Shown here: in pieces, positions 54,501 to 64,000 of the stretch
Numbering within the stretch: position 1 is the first letter of the stretch
Layout of the letters: each line of letters opens with the position of its first letter
DNA from: Tubulanus polymorphus
Lineage: Eukaryota; Animalia; Nemertea
NCBI RefSeq assembly: GCF_964204645.1
Contig: NC_134028.1
Span: 9,114,001 to 9,178,000, forward strand
Length of the DNA stretch: 64,000 nucleotides
Direction of reading: 5' to 3'
Notes under the pieces: model-generated
The model's database searches: none
Seen by the model: only the letters and a program-made list of their open reading frames with translations
Told to the model about the DNA's origin: nothing
Made by a program: the position numbers and the translations under genes

Positions 54501-56301
54501 ATTGCCGGTGATTTCAACCGGGTTTCCTTCCCTGCGTATGGAACAAATGGATAAAGCTAAACGACACTGCCGTCTTGGGGTAGGCCCATATTCATGTTTT
54601 GTCTGTCTTCAATGCCAGACGAATTTTAGTTGGGTTCTAGCCACTGTCAGATCTCTAAGGCCTAACTCAGCCGTCGGCAATGAGATCGGTGACGGATCGT
54701 AAGGACGACCTAAGTAAGGCTTTAGAAAGCTGGGAATAAGGGTCGTATCTAATGACAGATTTTCAAACGATTGGTTATTTCGACACATTCAGATTTTCCG
54801 CAAATCCGTTTAACAATTACGAGGAAAACTATTGAAAATTAAACCGTAAATAATTCTAGAAAATTTTCATATCCTATTTCCTGATAGTATTGAATATAAT
54901 GTGTCCCGTTGAATCATCTATTCAGCGTAGAAAGTAACCTACAGTGAAACATGTATAGAAAACATAATTCATAGAAAATAAAAGCGATCTGAAATATTTT
55001 CGTTTGAAAAAGACCGGTTTTATATTGAATACATTTTATAATGTATCGTATATATACATATATTTATATGTATATATATACGTTCTGATGGTATATGTTA
55101 GTCGTTAGAGTTTGGGACGGTTATATTGGTAAAGTTCCGTATTACAGAGGATACCGCCATAAAAGGATATATTTAAGATAATGACAACCAAGGTCAGTTT
55201 CTTCATGATTAACCTAAGTGTAAAGGTCACAATTTGATTGATTTTGATCGTACAACGGATGCTATGGATTATGTTGTTATGAAAATCGATGCTGTTATGT
55301 TCCCAGGAATTATAAGTCGTAAAAGGGAAATTTAGTATTCAATATTCGGAACGTATAATAAAACTTCATGTACTTTTATGATCATCCTAAATAACGGCCA
55401 ACTTGAATTCATTGCGCAACTAAGCATGAGTATAATTGTCAATTAGCGACGGTACTCTAGTAATTTCGTGAGTTAGATACAAGAAAATAAAATGAAACGG
55501 AAAAAAATATCTGGGCTCTATAGAAAACTATGTTATTCTTCGGAACCCGGTTTTATGAAGAAAAGTTAACCCCCCGTTCGTGAAAGAAGGCCCTGGTGAA
55601 AAACTTGTGAATGCATAATGAAACCTAATGGAAATCAAAGTCGTCTATCTTTTCGACGAACAAAAGATCTTTAAATCAACTGAAACTGATTGTTTTTAGC
55701 TATACGTATTACTGCGTTTAGATTCTGAATGCATTTCTGAAATCAATGATTTTCTAACGCAAAACGATACTGGATTTTATCTATTCATGTTACAAAAAAA
55801 CAGGATCTAAACATCTAGGTATACAGAGTACTTAAAGCACCATGAATGTGGTTGGGCGAATGGACCTTTGGGCGCAAGTCCAGTATACGACATTATAGTG
55901 CGTGTGTAGAGTTACACTGCGTTATTCGGTCAGTGTTCACGCCAGTTGACCGTAGACAGCCGACACCAAAAGTAAACTACGAGAAAAGGTGGCAACCTGT
56001 GAACCCATCAACCAGAACTGACGTATGACAGTTATTCCATCCCTCCAACTGCCATTTGTCTTCATGATTTTCATTGTCTCCCATAAATTCATTGCGTATT
56101 ATGAAGTCGCGGATGATTTGGATGATAATGGCATTTCGAAACACAAAAGGCACTTATGTATATATAACATTCAAATATAATATATCTAGATAGCTTAATG
56201 ATTATTGGTTAAAGGGTTTTTGGAGGTCACAGTCTTTTATGTTGATGTAACAAAAAATAACCTTATGGGAAGGTTTCTAGCATAGTTTAAAATGTGAATG
56301 A

Positions 56302-56334
56302 TTAGGGTTAGGGTTAGGGTTAGGTTTAGGTTTA
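56302..56334 (+). repeat. Short interstitial (TTAGGG)n/(TTTAGG)n tract inside the transposon
   Basis: ttagggttagggttagggttaggtttaggttta. Confidence 0.8.
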
Positions 56335-56566
56335 CAAGGAGACATCAAAACTAAAATGAAATAAAAACATTTCGTCCATATTGCTACCTTTTGGAAGATG
56401 TGCGTGGAAATTAGTGAACTATACCATTGGCAGTTGGGAGAGTATTTCTCTGTTAAGGAACATGAATATATCATTTAGTATTATAGACATGTGACGCTGC
56501 TGTGTATGTCTCCACTGATGTGTTGCCCTATAATGTCGTATATCGGACTTGGGCCAATGTTTGTAT

Positions 56567-56750
56567 GGTGTCATCTGTCAACCGTCTTGTGGAGTCGTCA
56601 CCTAACTGGTGTGTGGGGTGTCATCTGTCAACCGTCCAGTGGAGTCGTCACCTAACTGGTGTGTAGGGTGTCATCTGTCAACCGTCCTGTGGAGTCGTCA
56701 CCTAACTGGTGTGTAGCTAGGGTGCCATCTGTCAACCGTCATTTAGAGTC
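56567..56750 (+). repeat. 50-bp minisatellite, ~3.5 copies
   Basis: Unit GGTGTCATCTGTCAACCGTCYWGTGGAGTCGTCACCTAACTGGTGTGTRG starting at 56567, 56617, 56667 and, partially, 56721. Confidence 0.92.
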
Positions 56751-57397
56751 ACAACCCCAGAATGTAAGGTGTTGCGTGTCATCAGCTGTAGAATATGGAT
56801 CCCCAATCAAGGATCTATTTTCATGGAACTTCTTTTAGTTCCATATTACTACGCTTTTATATTTCAGTTTGCGCATTTATTCCCCGATTTACTCCAAAAG
56901 TATCTCTACACGTTGCACTATAATGTCGTATATCGGACTTGGGCCGACCTTTGAATTCCAGTCAAAAGTCGTGGACTGGTTACCGGCACCAATTAAATCA
57001 ACTCAATATTTTTTCGTCGCCGTTTTGCCTCAAGAATGTTCGTTTTACACATGATTATCGTATTGTGGTAGCGAATTGCGTGAGGCGACTCGGGAATAAA
57101 AATCGGCAATCTGATTTGATTTTATTGTTCGACGTCGTGTCACACGGTTGATACGTATATTCCAAGATTTCATTACAAATATTGGCATCCTAAAAGTGGC
57201 ATCAATGTCGTTATGCCAAATGGTGTACATGTAGACCGAACAAATTAAGGAGGCAATTGATTAAGACAATTAAGACAATTGAATTAAATTGTTTTTGGAA
57301 TGGATTCAAACATAATTGAATTATTGACCTGCTTGTACAATCTAAAATTCTAACTTACAGAAAATCGAATAATAATGGCTTTTCTTGAGGAGTTCAC

Positions 57398-57802
57398 TAT
57401 GGTGGCTGATTCGGGCCATGTAATAAAAAAAATCACAAACGTTACAAATTTTTTTTGCAAACGCTTTAAAGTCGTTTTATTGCGCAATAAAATGAAAATT
57501 ACCACGTTAAAACGAGAAATTACCGCGATAAAACAAGAAAAAGTCGTTTTATTGCGCAATAAAACGAGAAAAAGTCGTTTTATCGCGCGATAAAACGAAC
57601 TTTTTGTTTTATTGCCACGTTAAAACGAAAAATAGCGCGATAAAACGAAAATTACAGCGTTAAAACGAGAACAAGTCGTTTTATTGCGCGATAAAACGAC
57701 TTTTTCTCGTTTCATCGCGCAATAAAACGACTTTTAGGCGTCTGTAAAAAAAAATTTGCACCATTTGTGATTTTTTTTACATGGCCTGAATCAGCCACCA
57801 TA
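57398..57802. mobile_element. IS3EU-type non-autonomous foldback element (405 bp)
   Basis: Termini TATGGTGGCTGATTC...GAATCAGCCACCATA, long imperfect TIRs, internal GCGCAATAAAACGA repeats, and a 6-bp near-TSD GTTCAC/GTTTAC. TAY..RTA ends with a 6-bp TSD are the described IS3EU signature. Confidence 0.8.
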
Positions 57803-57963
57803 GTTTACCCCAAGATTTACTGTAGTTTTCAATATGACAGCTTCGCCTCTTTCCCAATCGCTTGCAACATTGTTGGGTACAATTCATCGATCCATGACAA
57901 GAGTACGGTGTAAATTAGCTAGAGATTGTCTATTCATTTCCAGGTCGCTTCATGACCGAGTCC

Positions 57964-58035
57964 GGTAGGTGGTAATAATGACAAAGGTTAATATGCCAGG
58001 TATTTTACCTCTGGCATTATTACGTACCTCGATTT
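57964..58035. mobile_element. 72-bp foldback insertion flanked by a 9-bp direct repeat
   Basis: ACCGAGTCC at 57955-57963 and 58036-58044. Arms GTAATAATGACAAAGGTTAATA and TATTTTACCTCTGGCATTATTAC. Confidence 0.6.
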
Positions 58036-58144
58036 ACCGAGTCCACGTGCTTCAAATTCTACATCACAATCCCACTTCATACATTTAGGTTTGAGAAATT
58101 CGTCAAATTGTTTATCAACTACATGGATTTACAATTATTTTCAG

Positions 58145-60098
58145 GGAGCAGATGCGTTCACAGAAGATCAGATCGAAGGTACGTTCACAAACATCTGAAT
58201 TACACCATTTCATTCGTTCAGAATATGTAACAACGCTACATCTGTTCAGGGGCATCAATAAGATTGTTTTCTTTTAAGTGGGATCAAAGCTAATACAAGC
58301 GGAACTATATATGTCATACTTTGCACCGTATCCACCAAGCGCCGAAGGCAAACGATCATTTCTGAATCCTTGAAATTGCTTGTACGCCCTTATACATAGT
58401 CTTGATTTTTGAAATTCGAAGCTGAAGGGGAGCGTTTTCTGGAAATCTTAAGGCAATATTCATGTAATGCGAGAAATGTGATGTGAGAAAAGAAAATTTG
58501 TAACTTAAAAAAATCTGGAACCTGGATTTTAGAAAGGGGATCGTCGGCACCTTCGACCCCTTTTGGTGACGCCCATGCATCGTTTCCATATCGCAAAATT
58601 GCACTTGATTTGGTATATTACGTGATATTATTTGTTAGCATTTAGAGAAGCATTTAAATTGTTTGATAAAGACGGCGATGGAACGATTACGACTGAGGAA
58701 CTAAAGCAAGTTATGAGTTCGATAGGTCGCAATCCAACTAAACAGGAACTCACGGATATGATCAGTGAAGTTGACGAGGATGGTAAGTATAGCAACTATC
58801 GAAATCTCCACGATGATTCAATGATGTTTTTACACGTTTCAGGTTTCGACCGAGTTCGACTGATCTCTTCGCGTCCTTTTCGAGAGAAAAATACATGCAA
58901 ACGTACACTTTGATAGGATAAAAACCCATTACGTACAAATTAAACGAATTTGATATCGATAAAATCGAAACTTACACTTTGTATCTATTCATTTCTTGAA
59001 AAGGACGCGAAGAGATAAGTCGAAATCGATCGAAACGTAAATCGTGTACAGGAAACAATTTATTCATTAGAAGATTTTGATAGTAACATTTTTACTACTA
59101 TTCTACTATCTGGATACTCATCCGATATTATATCAGTATCGATTTACCTGTATATCTAACCTGACTTCATACGCCTTGACTCATTCACCCTATCATTATC
59201 ACTATTGTTATTATCATTGATGATATTATTATAATCATTATTATTATGGTTATTGATATCATTATTCAATTCTCTGCACTTGCACATCTTCGTATACTCT
59301 AAGCATCGGGGTGCAGTGACCTGTACAGCCCCAAGACTCTCACTGTTACCTTCATTCAACTTTACTTCATTTATCTATGCTGTCAAAATTCATGAAAATG
59401 TAAGTCAAATGAAAAATAAGTCATTATCATTTATTATTATGAAGCTGGTATACGTACACAATTATAGCGAAAGCTCGTGCGTCTAATAAAAAAGTTAACC
59501 TTTAAAGTACTGCTCGTCTCTTTGTATTTATTCATGCACCTCTGTGAACTTCATTCATTTTGTGAAGTGGTATGGAAAACAACTATTTCACGAAAATAAA
59601 TTGTTTCGTTTGCAGGTAATGGTCAGATAGAATTTGACGAGTTCGTGGATTTGATGGCTAAAGGAGGAGCGGGAAGTGGGGATCCCGAGGATGAACTAAA
59701 AGCAGCGTTTAGGGTGTTTGATAAAGATGGCGATGGCGTCATATCGAAAGATGAACTAAAACAGGTCAGATTCAGTCCTAGCCGAAAATTTTTCAAATCA
59801 TTCAGGGGTAACCACTTGGAGCTCTTGTGCAATATTTACAATATTCTCTCTACCCCTTTAATGTTTAATAGGTGATGGCAAGTTTAGGGGAACAGCTGAG
59901 CGAAGATGAAATAAAAGAAATGATTAGCGAAGCTGACATCGATGGTGACGGACAAATAAATTACGACGGTAATTTCCATTTTTCACAGTAAAGGCATTCA
60001 TGCTTAACACGCGACTGCATTTATTGAGATTCAACTAATAGAATTTCTTATTGCTGCCATATCTTGTAGAGTTTGTATTCATGATGATGAGTAAGTGA
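58145..60098 (+). CDS. Calmodulin-like protein with 4 EF-hands; start exon unresolved
   Basis: Exons 58145 (or 58152)-58178, 58639-58782, 59616-59764, 59872-59968 and 60070-60098, all GT-AG with matching phases. Translation: ..[147 protein letters not shown]. The 144-nt exon equals canonical CaM exon 3. AATAAA at 60355 and 60652. Confidence 0.93.
58247..58577. mobile_element. hAT-like non-autonomous element in a calmodulin-like gene intron
   Basis: CAGGGGCATCA...TGACGCCCATG termini. The flanks CATCTGTT and CATCGTTT resemble a decayed 8-bp TSD (6/8). Confidence 0.55.
58825..59057. mobile_element. Foldback/MITE with ~60-bp imperfect inverted arms in a calmodulin-like gene intron
   Basis: TACACGTTTCAGGTTTCGACCGAGTTCGACTGATCTCTTCGCGTCCTTTTC pairs with GAAAAGGACGCGAAGAGATAAGTCGAAATCGATCGAAACGTAAATCGTGTA. 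Confidence 0.75.
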
Positions 60099-61009
60099 AG
60101 AAGCACACAAACGAGGACCGGCTGTACATAGTGAAATTAGATAGACCCTAAACGGACTAAAAGTCCATACGATCAAGCGGAGGCTGAAAATGTGTTCTTT
60201 CGATTGAAATTCTGGACATGGATCTCTCTTGCTTGTAGCAGGGCTAATGAAAACTGTTGCTTATTGAAAGTCGGAACGGGGGAGATGTGGTAGAGATTGC
60301 GCTCGGAGGAAATCTCTCTTAATGCCTCTTTATCAACAAATTTGAGGTCGAATCAATAAATCATTAAAAGCAAGCATTAGAAATGCAAACATCGTTAAAC
60401 CTTCCGTGTGATGTGTTTTGTTTTCTTTCCTTATGATATCGTCGTTCTGTGCTGCGATGCAGTCTTTGATTAACGGCATACCTATTTCGAAAATTGATTA
60501 CACGCAGCAAATTGACCAGAAGGGTCGAATAACACATGTTGATTTAGTTAAGATGATCGTTTCTTACGCAAGTATCTCAAGGGGCATTAACGCTTCCATT
60601 ATGTAATTAAGATTTTGTTAATTCTATTGTAAAATGTAACTTAAATTTTCAAATAAAAGTGCTTCATAGAAATAATTTGACAAATCTTGTTTTCGAATTT
60701 GTGACTTAAAGTTCATGCCATCAAAACAAAATATTGTGTTGAAGTTATTTTCAAATGTGATATATTCATAAATATCAAATATGCTACTGGTTCGAATTAG
60801 TTATGCATATATTAAAGTTACATCTGATTAATCACGGAAAGTACAATTTTGATGGATATGCTGCCCCGTCGTGGGATCCTATATCTCATGTGTTTTGATG
60901 GTTATTTAGTACTAAGAGTTTGGGACGGTTTTACTTATCAGGTTCCGTACCAGCGCTGGATACAGCGCTAAATTCTGCTGGATAGAGTATCAAGAAATTA
61001 GAAAAGGTA

Positions 61010-61215
61010 AATATTGTCTCGGTCTAATTCTAGATCTATCTATAAGCCTTTCGATACACTTGAAACAACATTACTACATGACATGAAATGGTTTTTATCA
61101 TATCTCAAAAATAGGCAAATGTTTGTTGAACGTCTAAGTTCTCGTACCAAACAATCAAGTGTTGGTGTACCTCAAGATTTAGTGCTAAGACCCCATTTGT
61201 TCTCAGTTGTATGTT
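61010..61215 (+). mobile_element. CR1/L2-type LINE reverse transcriptase fragment (degraded)
   Basis: LILDLS/..FDTL followed by WFLSYLKNRQMFV...VGVPQDLVLRPHLF, matching the RT motifs LD.SKAFD and WF.SYL.NR.Q.V...GVPQGSVLGP.LF. Confidence 0.85.
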
Positions 61216-62802
61216 CTTTGTCATGATCTTAACAGATGGTACCAATTTGTTGACTATCAAATTAAATACAATATTCAAACCCCAATTTAACATACTATCA
61301 TTTTTTAAACACAGTTTAAATTTATACACCCTTATTTTCACTTTCACCGGTATTTCCTTATAAACAACCCCTTTTTTAATCATCTCGGGGATTTCCGCCC
61401 GTGATTGGAATCAATTCTATAACCATTTTCCCGTGAAATTAAGGCATATGTTGAAGGAAGTGGTCCGCCCGGGTTTTAGTCGTGGAAAATGACATTAAAA
61501 TGAACTCGTAGTAGTTGCCATAGCAATGATGTTGATGGTAATGCAGCAAAATTACCTGATAATTGGATTCTGGTACTAGATATCAAGGGCTACGTTCAGA
61601 AAAAAGAAGATTCACAAAGTCTTTCCACTCAGTCGAAAAGTCAATTGCTTAGGCTCGTATAGACCAGACTAATTCGCATGTAACGCCCGCGCGAAATGTT
61701 GAAATATAGACATTTAACGATATGAACGTTCATTACCATTTCATGTTTCCTGTTTTTTTTCGAATGAATCAAGATTACAGGCGTAAGTTATTAATTCTTA
61801 TCGAACGTGTCAGATAGTACTAATCATTTATTATATGAATTAATACAGCCCCGTTTGACACAAATGGGTCTTTAATGAATGTTATTATAGACATAATCTC
61901 CGATCCTCAAATAATCCTAGGCAATTTTAACTTAGTAACTCCTCGACTGGTTGAACGTCATATGTTTTATATAGGCTAATTCATGCAAATATGGTACGAC
62001 TTTTCAAATCTCAATTATTCAAACGACTGTTCAAAACTTTGCAATTATGGTTACAATATTATTATCCTCTACTTATTGCCGTATTTACAATTCATCTAGA
62101 AGTCTTTACAAATCTGCCACCAGACGCATAATAACATCAGATGATGTAATGCCCTGATAAGGTCACCCGACGGAAATCACCCTTGCTTGCTTGCCAGGGT
62201 TTGGTTGCCTCCCGGCGAAGCTGAATAGATCAGCTTTAAACGGGTTTTTATACTCCCGAATCTTAATACGTTTATACTTGTATTATCATGCGAGCTATCA
62301 AATACAATATATAGTTTAGTGTAGTTTCCAATCATAATCATGGGGTACCAGCAGTGCTACTGTGGCAATCGAGGATTCCACGGTACGGCAGGCGAGGATC
62401 TACAAGGTTCCACATTTCAATTAAATCTGAATGAACTTATCTCTGAAATGAATCAATTATCTATGAAAGCTATCCGATATCCGACTAGAAGAATGAAAGT
62501 ATTGTATATTTGGTGGGTACTGTCAGTATACATGGATTGGGAGATCAAAAAATTCCAGTTCAAAGTTCATTGAAAATTAACTTATTTTGACAACGTAAGG
62601 TTTAGGTTTAGGTTTATTTATTTCGCTCAAACCAAACATTGGTATATAGAGGTTACAAGAATTTGTACAATAAAATTTATAATTTACAAAACTTAAAAAC
62701 AAGAAAACAGAGATACACATAGAATAGAATAATAATAGAGATAACAGATATGTATACGTGAATTTTACTTAAGTAGCTTGAGACCAGCATTTACAAGCGA
62801 GT

Positions 62803-63050
62803 TTAATTAGGGTTTTCTGTTATTTCACAGAAAACCCTATTGATATCCGCGTGATTATTATTATTATTATTTTCTTCCACACTATTTTTACCAAAAGAAC
62901 ATAGGCTTTGTTACCTTACCATATACAATCCATATAATATCGTTCAGCTCAATGAGATCTACAAATAGCCCGCGTGTTTTTTCACGAATCATCGTTACAA
63001 AAGCGCTGTCGGGCTGTAAACATCGAAAATTTAGCCCCATTCAATGGGGC
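62803..63050 (+). mobile_element. Helentron-associated (HINE/DINE-like) non-autonomous element end
   Basis: TTTAATT followed by a 13-bp-stem hairpin TAGGGTTTTCTGT-tatttc-ACAGAAAACCCTA (62808-62839), then an (ATT)n microsatellite. The right boundary is uncertain. Confidence 0.5.
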
Positions 63051-63802
63051 GACATGTTTTTCGAGTCGTCATCCCGAAATCAACCCGCAGGCCGACTGTC
63101 ACTTCGATTATCAATTCAAGTATAAATGAACTAATTTATTGCCGCAGACTTCACATTCAGTCGCGGTCTTCAAACAGTGATTTTAACAATAGCCCATTTT
63201 CCTCATCAAATCATATTACCGATACACTGGAAATTTACTACTTTAGATTTTAAAAGCACTGTCGAGCCGTTAACATCGACGAATCGACGTGTGTTACTAC
63301 ATCGACGTTCCGGGGATGAGCTGCGAGTTTCTCCTCATCATGAGAATCGAATCGAGTACAAATTAATTTATTACTACCAGTGATTTGGCTGCGGGTTTCA
63401 AGGAGTTAGTTTAACAATACCTATTTTTCTTTACCGAATTAACCGTGTATTTACTAAGATAAATCTTTAGTGTACCGGGGAATCGTAGGCCTAAACTAAA
63501 CAGGCCGAAGAGATATGGCGGAGAAAAGCTGTTATGTCGACGAGGTATCAAAATAAAAGAATATATTACTTTATTCGGCCGCGGGCTTCAACCATTTATC
63601 AATACTCTATATTTCCTACACTACATACCGATCATTGTCAAATGCACAAGGTATTTACTAAATACAAGTATATAACACACTCCTATCCGTATGCTGGACT
63701 CACACTTGACATTCGGAGTAAGCGTTCGCTGTGGGGGAAAGGAGATCGTTCGCTGTGTCGCTTGAAGTGTTTATCGAGTTTTACGCGACCTTAAGGCTTT
63801 AG

Positions 63803-64000
63803 TATGGTGGCTGATAAGATAAAAAAAACACGAATATGCAAATGAGGGCGACATAACGACAAAACGACAAAACTAAAATAACGCGAGAAAACAATGATTT
63901 TGATTTTGTCGCCCGCGACAATTCATTATTTTAGTTTTGTCACACGCGACAATTCAATATTTTGGTTTTATCGCCCGCGACAATTCATTATTTTGGTTTT
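63803..64000. mobile_element. Left end of a second IS3EU-type element, running off the window, with 31-bp tandem repeats
   Basis: Starts TATGGTGGCTGAT, as at 57398. Unit TTTTRTCRCMCGCGACAATTCAWTATTTTRG at 63904, 63935 and 63966. Confidence 0.7.

Larger units (their letters stand above)
55871..56945. mobile_element. 1075-bp non-autonomous DNA transposon with GG..CC termini and 8-bp TSD (MULE- or Merlin-like)
   Basis: 31-bp TIRs at 55871-55901 and 56915-56945 (28/31 match). Perfect TSD GACCTTTG at 55863-55870 and 56946-56953. Confidence 0.88.

Noticed and set aside
56302-56334. True telomere or chromosome fusion site
   Set aside because: Only about 5 units, partly degenerate, and internal to a TSD-bounded transposon.
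56567-56750. CRISPR-like array
   Set aside because: Contiguous 50-bp units with no unique spacers, no cas genes, and a eukaryotic context.
57350-57593. ORFs on both strands (72 and 69 aa)
   Set aside because: They overlap the repetitive foldback element and show no protein features.
62150-62210. Hammerhead-ribozyme-like CTGATAA-GGTC-accc-GAC-GGAAA
   Set aside because: The core deviates from CUGANGA and I could not build stems I and III. A similar partial match at 34319-34350 lacks GAAA.
63904-64000. CRISPR-like 31-bp repeats
   Set aside because: Head-to-tail units without spacers, lying inside a TIR element.

Overview
AT-rich eukaryotic genomic DNA, most likely an invertebrate animal. Evidence: GT-AG spliceosomal introns, microsatellites, and LINE, Penelope and DNA-transposon debris. 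No prokaryotic operons, CRISPR arrays, rRNA or intact tRNA genes were seen. Four genes are supported. (1) A histamine-N-methyltransferase-like SAM methyltransferase on the minus strand (4103-~5053), with a partial duplicate at ~1.75-1.93 kb. (2) An uncharacterised, basic, low-complexity ~430-aa protein whose coding region is one exon (8241-9533). (3) A large uncharacterised coiled-coil/disordered protein that I assembled by hand into 11 phase-consistent coding exons (39907-50450, ~2044 aa). It has three copies of an S[ED]xFx[KR]K[LM]xEWE motif, candidate microexons and probable distant 5'-UTR exons. (4) A calmodulin-like 4-EF-hand gene (58145-60098 plus an unresolved start exon) with a Gly-rich central linker. 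There is also a frameshifted MS4A/CD20-like four-TM ORF at 3435-3871. Intergenic and intronic DNA carries many non-autonomous transposons, including an IS3EU-type element with a near-perfect 6-bp TSD and a 1075-bp GG..CC element with a perfect 8-bp TSD and a duplicated right TIR. I cannot show a new biological system from sequence alone. The best leads are the repeated-motif giant protein next to the divergent calmodulin, the in-frame TGA or 30-nt intron at the methyltransferase N-terminus, and the composite transposon. All family assignments come from recalled motifs, not database searches.
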